Assembly: GCA_964576115.1 (NCBI GenBank)
Contig: CAZNUA010000008.1
Location: forward strand, 1-64,000
From: an uncultured Gemmatimonadota bacterium
Lineage (GTDB): Bacteria > Blakebacterota > Blakebacteria > Blakebacterales > Blakebacteraceae
DNA length: 64,000 nt
Direction: 5' to 3'
Part shown: positions 28,699 to 39,053 of the stretch, one piece after another
How positions within the stretch are numbered: the first letter of the stretch is position 1
Layout of the letters: each line of letters starts with the position of its first letter
Translations under genes and position numbers: made by a program
Notes under the pieces: generated by a model
Database searches by the model: none
Told to the model about the DNA's origin: nothing
The model's input: only the letters and a program-made list of their open reading frames with translations

Positions 28699-30007
28699 GA
28701 CGCATCACCATGTCGCTTTCCCTTTCGGATCCTCGCCGCAGAGTCAGAACCACCGGTTCGCCCACCAGCAGCCAGCGGCCGCCGGCTTCGGGAGCGCTCA
28801 TCGGTCCCTCGGGATGAATGAAGAGACCGGTTGCATCGATGACTTCGAGAGCATACACCCCTTCCAGGTCGCCGACATCGGTCACGATCAGACCTTCCCG
28901 CCGCACACCGTCCTCCCAGGCCAGGGCCAGATCGAGCCGGACCGGTTCGCCCCGGTTCAGGACCACCATCCCCCCCCGGAGCAGGAGATCGTGGGTGAAC
29001 CCGTGGTTGGGAGGCAGATTGTCGTAGAGTTGCGGGTCGGCCCGGCGCCAGTCGCCGGTGGCGATGAGGTCGAGCGCTGTGAGCAGGGCCATGCCGTTGA
29101 GGTCCCGCAGGCGCTGTTTTTCAGGGTCGTTGTCGAGCACCCCCGTTTCGATCAGAACGGTGCTGGTCCCCCACTTCTGCATCAGATCCCCGAAAGCCCG
29201 GGGATTGAAGGCGTCGTTGTATCGGGCCACCCGCCCGGGGACCTCGGACTCGAGCACGGCCGCCAGAGCCGCGGCCACGAACCGGGCCCGCTCCCGGACC
29301 GGTCCCCAGCTGCGGTCGGCGTCGGCTGCCGGCGCCAGCAGGGCGAAAGCCGCCCGCTCGCCGCCGCGCCCCGCCTGCGTGTGCGGGTTCTGATCGTGCA
29401 GATTGAAACCGAAGTCGGGGGCGAAGTCGTCGCGGACCTGCTTGAGAATCCGGCCCTCGGGAGTCGCCAGACGCCGGGCGTCGCGGTTGACGTCGACACC
29501 GAACGCGTTGCGGCGCTGAAAAAGCCGGGCCCCGTCGGGATTGAGCATGGGGATCATCACGATCGTCAGTTCGTCATGCAACCGCCGGGCCAGAGGATGT
29601 GAAGGTTCGGCGGCCAGAAAGGCAATCAGGTCTGCCAGGGCCATGGTGGCGGAAGATTCGTCGCCGTGCATCTGCGACCAGAGCAGAACCCGCACCGGGC
29701 CGTTCCCGTATCGGACGGTGAGAATCGAGCGCCCCTGGACCGAGCGTCCGGCTTCGGCGACCTCGAAGGGGCCGGCCGACAGCGGGCCCCCGAGCGCCGT
29801 CCAGAGCTCGTCGTGGGTAAAGCGGCGGGTTGCGATCCCGGCCACCCGGTGCCGTCGCACGAGCGTCAGGGCGCGCTCGCCCAGAGCCCTCACCTCGGAC
29901 GCAAAGGCCGGATCGGAAGGTGCGGGATCCGACCGGCGCACCGGTTCGGCCCGGTGGGCGCAACCGGCGGCCAGCAACAACCCGATCAGAAGCAGTCTGA
30001 CTTTCAT
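28685..30007 (-). CDS. M14 zinc carboxypeptidase family protein, lipoprotein
   Basis: LAAGC lipobox; GRSVQGR, HGDE (HxxE), NPDG, DVNRD, LHDQ, LIETG. Confidence 0.88.
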   Translation of the reverse strand: MKVRLLLIGLLLAAGCAHRAEPVRRSDPAPSDPAFASEVRALGERALTLVRRHRVAGIATRRFTHDELWTALGGPLSAGPFEVAEAGRSVQGRSILTVRYGNGPVRVLLWSQMHGDESSATMALADLIAFLAAEPSHPLARRLHDELTIVMIPMLNPDGARLFQRRNAFGVDVNRDARRLATPEGRILKQVRDDFAPDFGFNLHDQNPHTQAGRGGERAAFALLAPAADADRSWGPVRERARFVAAALAAVLESEVPGRVARYNDAFNPRAFGDLMQKWGTSTVLIETGVLDNDPEKQRLRDLNGMALLTALDLIATGDWRRADPQLYDNLPPNHGFTHDLLLRGGMVVLNRGEPVRLDLALAWEDGVRREGLIVTDVGDLEGVYALEVIDATGLFIHPEGPMSAPEAGGRWLLVGEPVVLTLRRGSERESDMVMRLGGH

Positions 30008-30023
30008 GCCTTTCTTCACCGGC

Positions 30024-33000
30024 TCACCTCTTCCAGACCCGGATCGGATAGGGCGGCCGCTCAGACTGCACGGGAGGATTGGCCTCGAGTTGACGCAGGA
30101 TCTCCTCGATCGCCCGTTCGAGCTGCGGATCGCGCCCCGCGATCACATCGGCCGGGAACTGCTCGACCTCGATGTCGGGCGGCACTCCCACGTTCTCGAC
30201 CACGAAGCCGTCCTCGGTCCAGATGGCCAGGTTCGGCGCCGTGACTGACCCCCCGTCGAGCAGAACGGGGAATCCCAGGGTGCCGACCAGTCCTCCCCAG
30301 GTCCGCCGGCCGATCAGCAGACCCAGGCCGAGTTTGCGCCACATCCAGGGCAGCAGATCGCCCCCCGAACCGGCGGTCTCGTCGATCAGCATCACTTTCG
30401 GGCCCTGGATCGAGGAGAGCGGTGTGGGCAGGTCCTCGCCGTAGCGCATCGCCCAGTGGCAGATTTCGGGCCGGCGCAGCAGGTCGATGTAGTAATCGGC
30501 CACCGAGCCGCCGCCGTTGAACCGCTCGTCGACGATGATGGCGTCCTTGTGCGCCTGGGGGAAGAAGTAGCGTTTGAAATAGACATGCCCCGAGGTGGAC
30601 GTGTTGGGCACATAGGTGTAGGCCACCCGGCCGCCGGTGGCTTCGTCGACCCGGCGCAGGTTACCCTCGACCCAGTCGCGGTTGCGCAGGGCATATTCGG
30701 AGGTGATCGGGACGACCGTGACGGTGCGCGCCTCGCGGCCGTCGGGGCGCGGTCCGACCGTGATCTCGACCATCTTCCCGGTGGTGTTCTCGAAACGGGC
30801 GTAGAGGTTGTCGGGGGGGCGCAGTTCGACCCCGTTGACGGCCAGCAGGTACTCGCCGGCCTGCACCTCGACCCCCGGCTCTGTCAGCGGCGAGCGCAGA
30901 TTCCCGTTCCAGTTCAGGCCGCCGTAGACCTTCTCGAACCGGTAGCGGCCCCGGTCGATCACGTAGTCGGCTCCGAGCAGCCCGCCGGGCACGCTCTCGG
31001 CCCGGTGCAGGTAATCCCCCCCGCCGACCCGGTGGTGGCCGACCCCGATTTCGGAGCACATCCACATCATGACCCGGTTCAGATCGGCCCGGGTGGCGCA
31101 GTGAGGCAGGAAGATGCTGTATTTCTCGCGCATCGCCGGCCAGTCGGCGCCGTGCATGCCGGGGTCGTAGAAGTAATCGCGGTTGATCCGCCAGGCCTCG
31201 TTGAAGATCTGCTCCCACTCGGCGCGGGGATCGATCCGGACTTCGATCTCATCGACCGCCAGACGCCCCGACCCGGGCCGGATCGCACTCCCGGCACCGG
31301 CGATCAGCCAGTTCGAGCCCTGCAATACCAGCACCTTCTTCCGGTCGGCCGACAGACGGTAGTCTCTGACCCCTTCGAGCAGGGTTTCTTCGGAGCGCTC
31401 CTCCAGATCGAAGAGGCAGAGGCTGGTGGTCCGGTCAGCAGCGGTCTTCAGGTAATAGAGGGTGCCCGCGGGGCCGGCCTGCAGGTTGGTGTAAAGGGCC
31501 GAGCGCAGAGGCAGGGCGAGGATGCGCTGATCGAGCCCGGAGAAATCGATCACGACCTCGACCTCTTCGGCGCTCTCATCCCTCTCACGGCCGCCGCGTG
31601 TCGTGCCTGCCTGCTCACCGGCCTCGCCGGCGGCCTCCTCGTCACTGCGGCGCGCCAGGGGTGAGAGTTCCCCCTGCGGCAGGACCGCCAGGTAGAGAGC
31701 GTTCGACATCTCCATGTCGGCGTTCGACATCGCGAACCAGCTGCGCACCGGCCCGGCATCGGTCGAAGCGGCCATATAGAGGTATTTCCCGCCGGCATCG
31801 AAGACAGGTGAGGTCACATCGCTCAGGCCGTCGGTGATGTGATAGGAGCGGTCCTCGGCGACACTGTAGAGATAGACCTGCTGGAAATAGGTCCGGGTGT
31901 AGAGGGTGTAGGCCAGCCAGCGCGAATCGGGCGACCAGTTGTGATGCATGATCTTCTGCGGACCGTAGAGAATCTCCCGGGCGATCTCCTTCACCTCGCC
32001 CGAAGCGACGTCGAGCACGTAGAGCGACCACGAATTGTCGCTGAAACTGATCCGGGTTCCGTCCGGCGACCAGACCGGATCCTCGTAGAAGCCCGCTCCC
32101 GGAACCGCGAAGGTGCGCACCTCGCCCTCTCCATCCTGGGGAGCGAGGACGAGTTCGTATTCGCCCGAGGCGTCGGAGAAATACGCGATCTGCGTACCGT
32201 CGGGCGACCAGGCCGGGGAACGCTCGTGCGAATCCGAAGTGGCGGTGAGCAGGCGCACGTCGCCCTCCTCGGCCGGCACGGTGGCGATGTCGCCCCGGAA
32301 CTCGAACACGGCCCGCACCCCCGAGGGGGAGATGTCGGCGTTGCGCACCCAGCGGGCCCCGCTGATGTAGCGCGGCCTGACCTCGAGCAGATCGGCGGCC
32401 ACGCCGATCGTGAGACGGCCGCAGGTATCGGTCGCGGGATCGAAGAGATGCAGCCAGCCGGCCTGCTCGTAGATGATCATCCCGGCTCCGGCCGAGCAGT
32501 TGACGATGGGGAAATCCTCGTGCCGGGTGTGCTGGACGACTTCCTTCGAGCGGGGATCGAAGCTGAAGAGATTGAACTCCCCGTTGCGGTCGGAGCGGAA
32601 CCAGACACGGTCATCGAACCACATCGGATCGGTGTCGTTGCAGCGCCCCTCCGGCTGCGGGATCTGCTCCACGTCGTGAGTGCGGGTATTGTACAGCCAG
32701 ATCCGCGAAGCGGTGCCCCCGCGGTAGTTCTTCCACTGGTTAAAGCGCTCCCCCAGCGGAGTGTAGGCCATCATCCGGCCGTCGGGACTGTAGACGGCCT
32801 TATCGGCGTTCGGGATCGGCAGCGCCGTCGGATGCCCCCCCTCGACCGGAATGGTGAAGAGCTGGGAATACCGGTTGGTGAAGGTCTGGCGCGAGGAACG
32901 GAAGAGCACCTCCGAACCGTCGGTCGTAAAGCCCTGCACCACATCGGCCCCGGGGTGCCAGGTCAACCGGCGCGGCACTCCACCGGCGCTCTCGACCACG

Positions 33001-33287
33001 TAGACATCGGTGTTTCCGTCATACTGGGCGCTGAAGGCCAGCAGCCGGCCGTCGGGAGAAAAGCGCGGATTCGATTCGCTGCCGACATGGGTGGTCAGGC
33101 GCCGGACCCCGCTCCCATCGCGGTTGGCGGTCCAGAGATCTCCGGCGTAGAGGAAGGCGATAGCCCCGGCGCTGACCGCCGGTTCGGCGAGCAGTCGGGT
33201 ATCGCGGATGTCCTGGGCATCGGTCGTGAGCGGACCCGCCCCCGGAAGCAGGAGCAGGGCAACGAGTGCCAGCGGCTTCGTTCTCAT
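30024..33287 (-). CDS. Tricorn-like protease (S41)
   Basis: Signal peptide, PD40/beta-propeller repeats, WKNYRGG, PDZ region, DERFNGGG, AGSGGD catalytic Ser, TWGG, ENVGVPPD. Confidence 0.94.
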   Translation of the reverse strand: MRTKPLALVALLLLPGAGPLTTDAQDIRDTRLLAEPAVSAGAIAFLYAGDLWTANRDGSGVRRLTTHVGSESNPRFSPDGRLLAFSAQYDGNTDVYVVESAGGVPRRLTWHPGADVVQGFTTDGSEVLFRSSRQTFTNRYSQLFTIPVEGGHPTALPIPNADKAVYSPDGRMMAYTPLGERFNQWKNYRGGTASRIWLYNTRTHDVEQIPQPEGRCNDTDPMWFDDRVWFRSDRNGEFNLFSFDPRSKEVVQHTRHEDFPIVNCSAGAGMIIYEQAGWLHLFDPATDTCGRLTIGVAADLLEVRPRYISGARWVRNADISPSGVRAVFEFRGDIATVPAEEGDVRLLTATSDSHERSPAWSPDGTQIAYFSDASGEYELVLAPQDGEGEVRTFAVPGAGFYEDPVWSPDGTRISFSDNSWSLYVLDVASGEVKEIAREILYGPQKIMHHNWSPDSRWLAYTLYTRTYFQQVYLYSVAEDRSYHITDGLSDVTSPVFDAGGKYLYMAASTDAGPVRSWFAMSNADMEMSNALYLAVLPQGELSPLARRSDEEAAGEAGEQAGTTRGGRERDESAEEVEVVIDFSGLDQRILALPLRSALYTNLQAGPAGTLYYLKTAADRTTSLCLFDLEERSEETLLEGVRDYRLSADRKKVLVLQGSNWLIAGAGSAIRPGSGRLAVDEIEVRIDPRAEWEQIFNEAWRINRDYFYDPGMHGADWPAMREKYSIFLPHCATRADLNRVMMWMCSEIGVGHHRVGGGDYLHRAESVPGGLLGADYVIDRGRYRFEKVYGGLNWNGNLRSPLTEPGVEVQAGEYLLAVNGVELRPPDNLYARFENTTGKMVEITVGPRPDGREARTVTVVPITSEYALRNRDWVEGNLRRVDEATGGRVAYTYVPNTSTSGHVYFKRYFFPQAHKDAIIVDERFNGGGSVADYYIDLLRRPEICHWAMRYGEDLPTPLSSIQGPKVMLIDETAGSGGDLLPWMWRKLGLGLLIGRRTWGGLVGTLGFPVLLDGGSVTAPNLAIWTEDGFVVENVGVPPDIEVEQFPADVIAGRDPQLERAIEEILRQLEANPPVQSERPPYPIRVWKR

Positions 33288-33475
33288 GGTCGGGTACCTT
33301 TCTTCGATTCCGTCGTTCCGGTCTGATCCGATCCGAGTGTAATCCCCCGGCCCCGGCTGCGCCAATCCCGCCGTGGCCGGACGCCGGGTTGGCTGTACCC
33401 GCGGTGCGGTTGCAGGTAGAATCCCCTCCGGAGTCGAGCGGACCCTGGACAGCCCTGACACCCAGGAGGAATGCG

Positions 33476-35044
33476 GTGACCATCGACGAGATCGCAACGC
33501 GGCTCGACCGGGCGAACCTCGACCGCCTTGCCGCCCGGGTGACAGCGCTCGGAGCCCGGGAGAGCTTCGCCGTCGCGGCCCCCTGGACCGGCGAAGTCCT
33601 GGCCGAGGCGCCGCTGTGCACCGCCGCCGACGCGCTCGCAGCCGTCGCCGGAGCCCGGGAGGTCCAGCGGGAGTGGGCCGCCCGCCCGCTCCGGAAGCGG
33701 GCCCGCCTGCTGGTCGGGATCCACGACCTGATCTGGCGCGAGAGCGAGGCGATCCTCGACATTATCCAGGCCGAGACCGGCAAGGCCCGCTGTCACTGTT
33801 TCGAAGAGGTGGGCGATGTCGCCGTCATGGCCCGCTACTACGCCTTCCACGGCCCCCGCCACCTGCGCCCCCGCCGCCGGCGCGGCGGCGTTCCTCTCCT
33901 GACCCGGATCCGCGAATACCGTCACCCGGTCGGGATCGCGGCCCTGATCTCGCCCTGGAACTACCCTCTGACGCTGAGTCTCTCCGATCTGCTCGCCGCC
34001 CTGCTGGCGGGCAATGGTGCGGTCCTCAAGCCCGACCGGCTCACACCGTTTACCGCCCTGTGGGCCCTCGACCTGCTCGAACGCGCCGGCCTTCCGGCGG
34101 GGCTGGTGCGGGTCGTGACCGGCCGGGGCTCAGAACTGGCCCCGGCCCTGATCGCGGCCTCCGACTTCCTGATGTTCACCGGCAGTACGCAGACCGGTCG
34201 GCTGCTCGCTTCGGAGGCCGGATCGCATCTCGTCGACTGCACCATGGAACTGGGCGGCAAGAACGCCATGATCGTCTGCGCCGGAGCCGATCTGGACCGG
34301 GCGGCGCGGGTGGCGGTCTGGGACTGTTTTTCCTCCACCGGACAGCTCTGTGTGTCGATCGAACGAATCTACGTCGAGGCGGCGGTCGCCGACGACTTCG
34401 CCGCCCGGTTCGTGCGCGAAACGGAACGGCTTCGCCTCGGGGCCGCTTTCGATTACTCCGCCGACATGGGTTCGCTGATCAGTGCCGAGCAGCTGGCCAA
34501 GGTCACCGCTCATGTCGATGAGGCGGTCGCGGCCGGGGCCCGCGTGCTGACCGGCGGCCGCCCCCGCCCCGATCTGGGCCCCCTCTTCTACGAACCGACC
34601 ATCCTGAGTGATGTCCCTGAAGACGCGGTCGTCCTGGGCGAGGAGACCTTCGGTCCGGTCGTATCTCTTCTCCCGGTCGCCGGGATCGAGGAGGCCGTCG
34701 CGGCCGCCAACGATTCCCCCTACGGCCTGAACGCCGCGGTCTGGGACCGCAACGCGCGCCGCGCCCGGGCCCTCGCCCGGCGCCTGGAAACCGGTACGGT
34801 GAGCGTGAACGATTCCTACCGGGCCAGCTGGATCAGTGCCGACGCCCCTCAGGGGGGGTGGAAAGACTCGGGGCTGGGACGCCGGCACGGCCGGGAGGGT
34901 CTGCTCAAATACACCGAGGTGCAGACCGTGGCGGTTCAGCGCCTGCTGCCGATCGGCCCCCCTCCCGGCTGGAGCGAGGAACGCTTCCACCGCCTGCTCG
35001 AACGCCTGCTCCGGCTCCTGCGCCGTATTCCCGGCCTGCGCTGA
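33476..35044 (+). CDS. NAD(P)-dependent aldehyde dehydrogenase (succinate-semialdehyde dehydrogenase-like)
   Basis: ISPWNYP, FTGST..G, ELGGKN, GQLC, EETFGP, YGL, GG.K.SG.GR; AGGAGG RBS before GTG 33476. Confidence 0.92.
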   Translation: MTIDEIATRLDRANLDRLAARVTALGARESFAVAAPWTGEVLAEAPLCTAADALAAVAGAREVQREWAARPLRKRARLLVGIHDLIWRESEAILDIIQAETGKARCHCFEEVGDVAVMARYYAFHGPRHLRPRRRRGGVPLLTRIREYRHPVGIAALISPWNYPLTLSLSDLLAALLAGNGAVLKPDRLTPFTALWALDLLERAGLPAGLVRVVTGRGSELAPALIAASDFLMFTGSTQTGRLLASEAGSHLVDCTMELGGKNAMIVCAGADLDRAARVAVWDCFSSTGQLCVSIERIYVEAAVADDFAARFVRETERLRLGAAFDYSADMGSLISAEQLAKVTAHVDEAVAAGARVLTGGRPRPDLGPLFYEPTILSDVPEDAVVLGEETFGPVVSLLPVAGIEEAVAAANDSPYGLNAAVWDRNARRARALARRLETGTVSVNDSYRASWISADAPQGGWKDSGLGRRHGREGLLKYTEVQTVAVQRLLPIGPPPGWSEERFHRLLERLLRLLRRIPGLR

Positions 35045-35061
35045 CGAGAGCGCAGACCGTA

Positions 35062-37410
35062 CTACCGCTGCCCGCCGGGGCCTGAGACGGTCCGCGCCCG
35101 GGGCAGAAGGAATTCGGCCACCTCTTCCAGACCGGCGGGAACGATCCCCATCCGCAGGGTGTCGATCCAGGCCCGGGCTTCGCGGTCGCCGGGCATGATC
35201 GTGAGCCAGCGTTCGATCACTCCCACCGCCCGCTCGAACTGCCCCGTGACGGCATAGGAATGGATCAGCGCCAAGAAGGCACGGGCACGGTAGCCCGGTA
35301 TCTGGAATTCGGCGTCGAGGACCTCTTCGAGCATCTCCTGGGCCCGCAGGGTGTCCCCGGCGGCCTGGGTCAGAATGCCGTGAAAGTACTGAAAGTCGGA
35401 ACCGGCAAAATCGACCATCTGGTCGCCGTACTCGAGCAGAGCGGCGGCCCGTTCCACCTCGCCGCGGAGCAGCAGGGCGTGGGCCGTGTTCTGGAACACC
35501 ACCCGGTAATTGTGGATCAGGGTCGAAGCGTTCTCGTCCTTGTATACCCTTTTGTCGATGATGGCCCGGTACTTGAAGACCTCACGGAGCCGGCGCTCGG
35601 TCAGGTCGACGTTGACCATTTCGGCGTCGGGCACCAGCTGCAGGGCGAAGCCCTGGATCTCGGCGTGGTGGTCGAAAAAAGCCATGTTCTCGGTCGGGAC
35701 CGTGATGGCGAAATAGACCGGGCGCCGCCCGTTGTTGGCGGCCAGGATCCAGGCCACCATCTGATCCTGGATGCGGATATAGCGCTGGCCCGGAATGCGC
35801 CACTCAAGTCCGGCCACGGTCAGGGTGGTGTCCTGCGGCATGGCCTGCAGACCGAGCTGGGCGATCTGCCTGTCTGTCAGGGAGATCGGCACCCCCAGCA
35901 CGTCCCTGAGCCAGGTGATGTACCACTGCAGATTGAGGATGCTCAGGTTGATCACGGCCACGTCGGGCCTGATGCCCTCGACCGTCTGCAGGTACCAGAG
36001 CGGGTAGGTATCGTTGTCTCCGTTGGTGAAGATGATCGCGTCCTGCTCGCACGACTGCAGGATGTTATAGCCGTAGTCCCAGGCCACCCAGTCGCCGCTG
36101 CGGTCGTGGGAGTGGAAGTTCGAGCCGAACTGGAAGCCGACCAGGGCGATCCCGATCACGAGTATGACCATGGCCGCCGAGCGGACGGCACCCGAGATGG
36201 CAGCCGGGGCCGTATCTTTATCCCGGTTGGTCAGGTAATCCCGCACCAGGGCGGCCAGACCGGCCATGCCGGTGCCGATCCAGATGGCGGTGGCGAAATA
36301 ACAGCCCACGAAGATGTAATCCCGATCCCGGGGTTGCGGATCGGGCATATTCAGGTAGACCACCAGTCCCAGACCCATGATCGTCCACAGGGCCGCATTG
36401 GCCAGGAAGGTACGCCGGTCGCGCTGGAAATTGATCACCGCCCCGAAAAGAGCGATGAAGTAGAAGGGCAGGAAGAACTCGCGGCGCAGATACCGCAGGA
36501 AGTGATAGTCGAGCTGGTAGGACCAGAAGTCGGCCTTGCGATCGAAGATCGCGAGCAGCATCGATTCCGATCCGTACTGGCGCCGCTGCAGGACCTGCAT
36601 GAAGTTCTGCCAGTTTTCCGGGTTGGTCATATCGACCGGCGGATCGAGCCCGCTCCGGATATAGATCAGGGCGTAGATCGTAAATCCGAGTCCGGCCAGA
36701 AGAACCGCCCAGACCCAGATATCGACCCGCTTGAGCACCGGCCGGTCGAAGTACCAGAGCAGAATCAGGATGGTGGGGATGGTGAGCAGGGCCAGCAGGT
36801 GGTTGGCGGCCCCGACCCCGAAGAGATACCCGATCAGCAGCAACAGGGGCGCCCGCCGGCTGTCGAGCCCGCCGCGCAGGTGGCGGAAAACGAGCCAGAT
36901 GCAGAGCGCGGTGACCATTATCGATAGGCTGTAGACCTCGGCCTCGACGGCGTTGAACCAGGCCGAATGGCTGAAGGCGTACGCCAGGGCGCCGGTCCCG
37001 GCCGCAACCGCCTGGACCAGCGGCGAGTAGACCTCGTTCTCTTCCTTCACCGCCCCGGAATGCAGCACACCCTTTTCGGTCGTCTGTCCCCCGCTTCCCC
37101 AGAGCCGGACGATCTCGAGAATGATGGCGTACAGCAGCACGGCGGTGACGGTCGAGGTCACGACCGAAATGAAATTCACCTCGGCGGCGACGTTGACGGG
37201 GGTGGGAATCAGGGTAAAGAGCCGGCCCAGCAGAACGAAGGTCGGGGCGGCGGGCGGATGGGTGATACCGAGCGACCAGGCCGCCGCAATGAACTCGCCC
37301 GCATCCCAGAAAGCCACCGTCGGGGCGATAGTGATGAAGTAGACGAAAAACGAAGCCAGTCCGACGATCCAGGCCCCGATGGTGCGTGGATCACGCGAGC
37401 TCTTCTCCAT
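35062..37410 (-). CDS. DUF2723/TMEM260-like polytopic membrane glycosyltransferase with C-terminal TPR-like region
   Basis: APTVAFWDAGEF, HPP, AVEAEVY, R.QYG, PRDRDY, FTNGDNDTYPLWY. Confidence 0.85.
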   Translation of the reverse strand: MEKSSRDPRTIGAWIVGLASFFVYFITIAPTVAFWDAGEFIAAAWSLGITHPPAAPTFVLLGRLFTLIPTPVNVAAEVNFISVVTSTVTAVLLYAIILEIVRLWGSGGQTTEKGVLHSGAVKEENEVYSPLVQAVAAGTGALAYAFSHSAWFNAVEAEVYSLSIMVTALCIWLVFRHLRGGLDSRRAPLLLLIGYLFGVGAANHLLALLTIPTILILLWYFDRPVLKRVDIWVWAVLLAGLGFTIYALIYIRSGLDPPVDMTNPENWQNFMQVLQRRQYGSESMLLAIFDRKADFWSYQLDYHFLRYLRREFFLPFYFIALFGAVINFQRDRRTFLANAALWTIMGLGLVVYLNMPDPQPRDRDYIFVGCYFATAIWIGTGMAGLAALVRDYLTNRDKDTAPAAISGAVRSAAMVILVIGIALVGFQFGSNFHSHDRSGDWVAWDYGYNILQSCEQDAIIFTNGDNDTYPLWYLQTVEGIRPDVAVINLSILNLQWYITWLRDVLGVPISLTDRQIAQLGLQAMPQDTTLTVAGLEWRIPGQRYIRIQDQMVAWILAANNGRRPVYFAITVPTENMAFFDHHAEIQGFALQLVPDAEMVNVDLTERRLREVFKYRAIIDKRVYKDENASTLIHNYRVVFQNTAHALLLRGEVERAAALLEYGDQMVDFAGSDFQYFHGILTQAAGDTLRAQEMLEEVLDAEFQIPGYRARAFLALIHSYAVTGQFERAVGVIERWLTIMPGDREARAWIDTLRMGIVPAGLEEVAEFLLPRARTVSGPGGQR

Positions 37411-37685
37411 GAAGATGCATACCCTCCTGAGACGGGGAACGAGAAGGTGCCTGCATGCTATATGTCCGGGTTGGACCGGGCAAGCCCCGGCGTATCCGGG
37501 CAGACGGTCCGATTCTGATTCAAGACTCCCGAAACTCCGGCCGGTTCGCCGCCGTCATCACAAATAATCCACAGGTTGACATGGCGCCGGAGGTGTAGTA
37601 TCGAGCCGACTTATGATGTACGAGGAAGCGGGGCGGTTCGTCCGGCCCGACTCCGCTGAAGATGCCTCGTTCCGGGGAGAGTGCA

Positions 37686-39011
37686 ATGGATCAGACGTTC
37701 GGCTTCGCCTGCTGGGACTGCGGACACGCCATGGATTGGGACGGACATAGCCCCAAGGAGGCCTGCCCGGCCTGCGGCGGGAACGTCCTGACCGTCACCT
37801 ACCCGGGGCTGACCGCCGACCGGCTGCGTCGCATCATCGAAGACGATACGGGCGTCGAAGGACTCTGGCGCTACTTCGAGGTACTGCCCCTGCAGGATCG
37901 GGCCAACATCGTCTCGCGCGGCGAAGGGGCGGTGCCGATCGAACGGTGGTCTTTCCTGGAAGAATTCGCCCGCTCGACCGTCGGGCTCGAGGTGATGGTA
38001 TGGGTGCACCGCCACGACTCGAACCCCGGCACCGGCAGTTTCAAGGATCTGGCCGGCAGCCTGGTCTCGAGCGCCATGAAGGAACGCGGGGTCGGCGAGT
38101 ACGTGGTCTCGAGTACGGGGAATACGGCCACGGCCTATTCCTGCTACCTGGCCGCAGCCGGATGCACCCTGTATGCCTTCATCCCCCGTTTCGCTCCGCC
38201 CTTCAAGGTGGCCGACATCGCCGCCTTCGGACAGCATGTCTATCAGATCGACGGCGACTACCCCACCGCCCGGGCGTTCGCCGGCTCCTTTGCAACCGAA
38301 CACGGTCTGGCCATGGCGGGGGGCACCTTCGACCCCTTCCGGATCGAGGCCAAGCGGACCATGGCCTTCGAGTGGTACCGGCACTGCGAGGTCTTCCCGA
38401 CGGTGTACATTCAGGCGCTGAGCGGGGGCACCGGTCCGCTCGGAACCGACCGGGGAGCCCGCGAGCTGCGCGCCTACGGCCTGATCGAAGAGGTGCCGCG
38501 TCTGCTGCTCTGTCAGACGAGCCGCTGCGCGCCCATGGCCAGTTCGTGGCGCAAGGCCCGGGAGGCAGGCTTCCCCGAGGGCTGGCATGAAACCTTCGAC
38601 ACCATCGACGATCCCGAGACCGAGGTGCCCACTCTGGCCGAGGGGCATCCCGCCGCTTACCCGCGCCTGGCGGCTCTGGTCAGGGATTCGGGGGGCGAGA
38701 TCTTCGACTTCCCCGAGGAACTCACCCCGGCCGTGGGCCGCCTGATCGCCTACGAGACCGGAATCCGCATCGGCAGCGCCGGGGCGGTAAGCCTGGGTGG
38801 TTTCTTCGCCGCCCTGCGGGGTGGCTGGCTGCGCGAAGGCGACAGCATTCTGCTGACCACCGGCGAAGGGATCCAGCGCGATCCCGATTTCCTGCCCAAG
38901 ATGTCCGGAGCCGTCCGGCACGCCGACGCTCCGGAAAACGTCTCGCGGCAGGATCGGATATCTCTGCGCGAGGAAATCTATGATCCCCTGCGCACCTATA
39001 CCCGAGGCTGA
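37686..39011 (+). CDS. Threonine-synthase-fold PLP enzyme with N-terminal Zn ribbon; candidate cysteate synthase
   Basis: CWDC..CPAC; LWRY..LP; GEG; NPGTGSFKD (PLP Lys); SSTGNTA; YIQALSGGTG; LTTGEG. Confidence 0.8.
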   Translation: MDQTFGFACWDCGHAMDWDGHSPKEACPACGGNVLTVTYPGLTADRLRRIIEDDTGVEGLWRYFEVLPLQDRANIVSRGEGAVPIERWSFLEEFARSTVGLEVMVWVHRHDSNPGTGSFKDLAGSLVSSAMKERGVGEYVVSSTGNTATAYSCYLAAAGCTLYAFIPRFAPPFKVADIAAFGQHVYQIDGDYPTARAFAGSFATEHGLAMAGGTFDPFRIEAKRTMAFEWYRHCEVFPTVYIQALSGGTGPLGTDRGARELRAYGLIEEVPRLLLCQTSRCAPMASSWRKAREAGFPEGWHETFDTIDDPETEVPTLAEGHPAAYPRLAALVRDSGGEIFDFPEELTPAVGRLIAYETGIRIGSAGAVSLGGFFAALRGGWLREGDSILLTTGEGIQRDPDFLPKMSGAVRHADAPENVSRQDRISLREEIYDPLRTYTRG

Positions 39012-39053
39012 ATGACCGTGTAATTCGGACCGAGAGTCCGGGAGACCCCTGTC

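Noticed and set aside
37576-37604. TTGACA paired with TAGTAT as a canonical promoter
   Set aside because: The spacer is only 14 nt, and at 17 nt the hexamer is a weak TATCGA; not reported as a feature.
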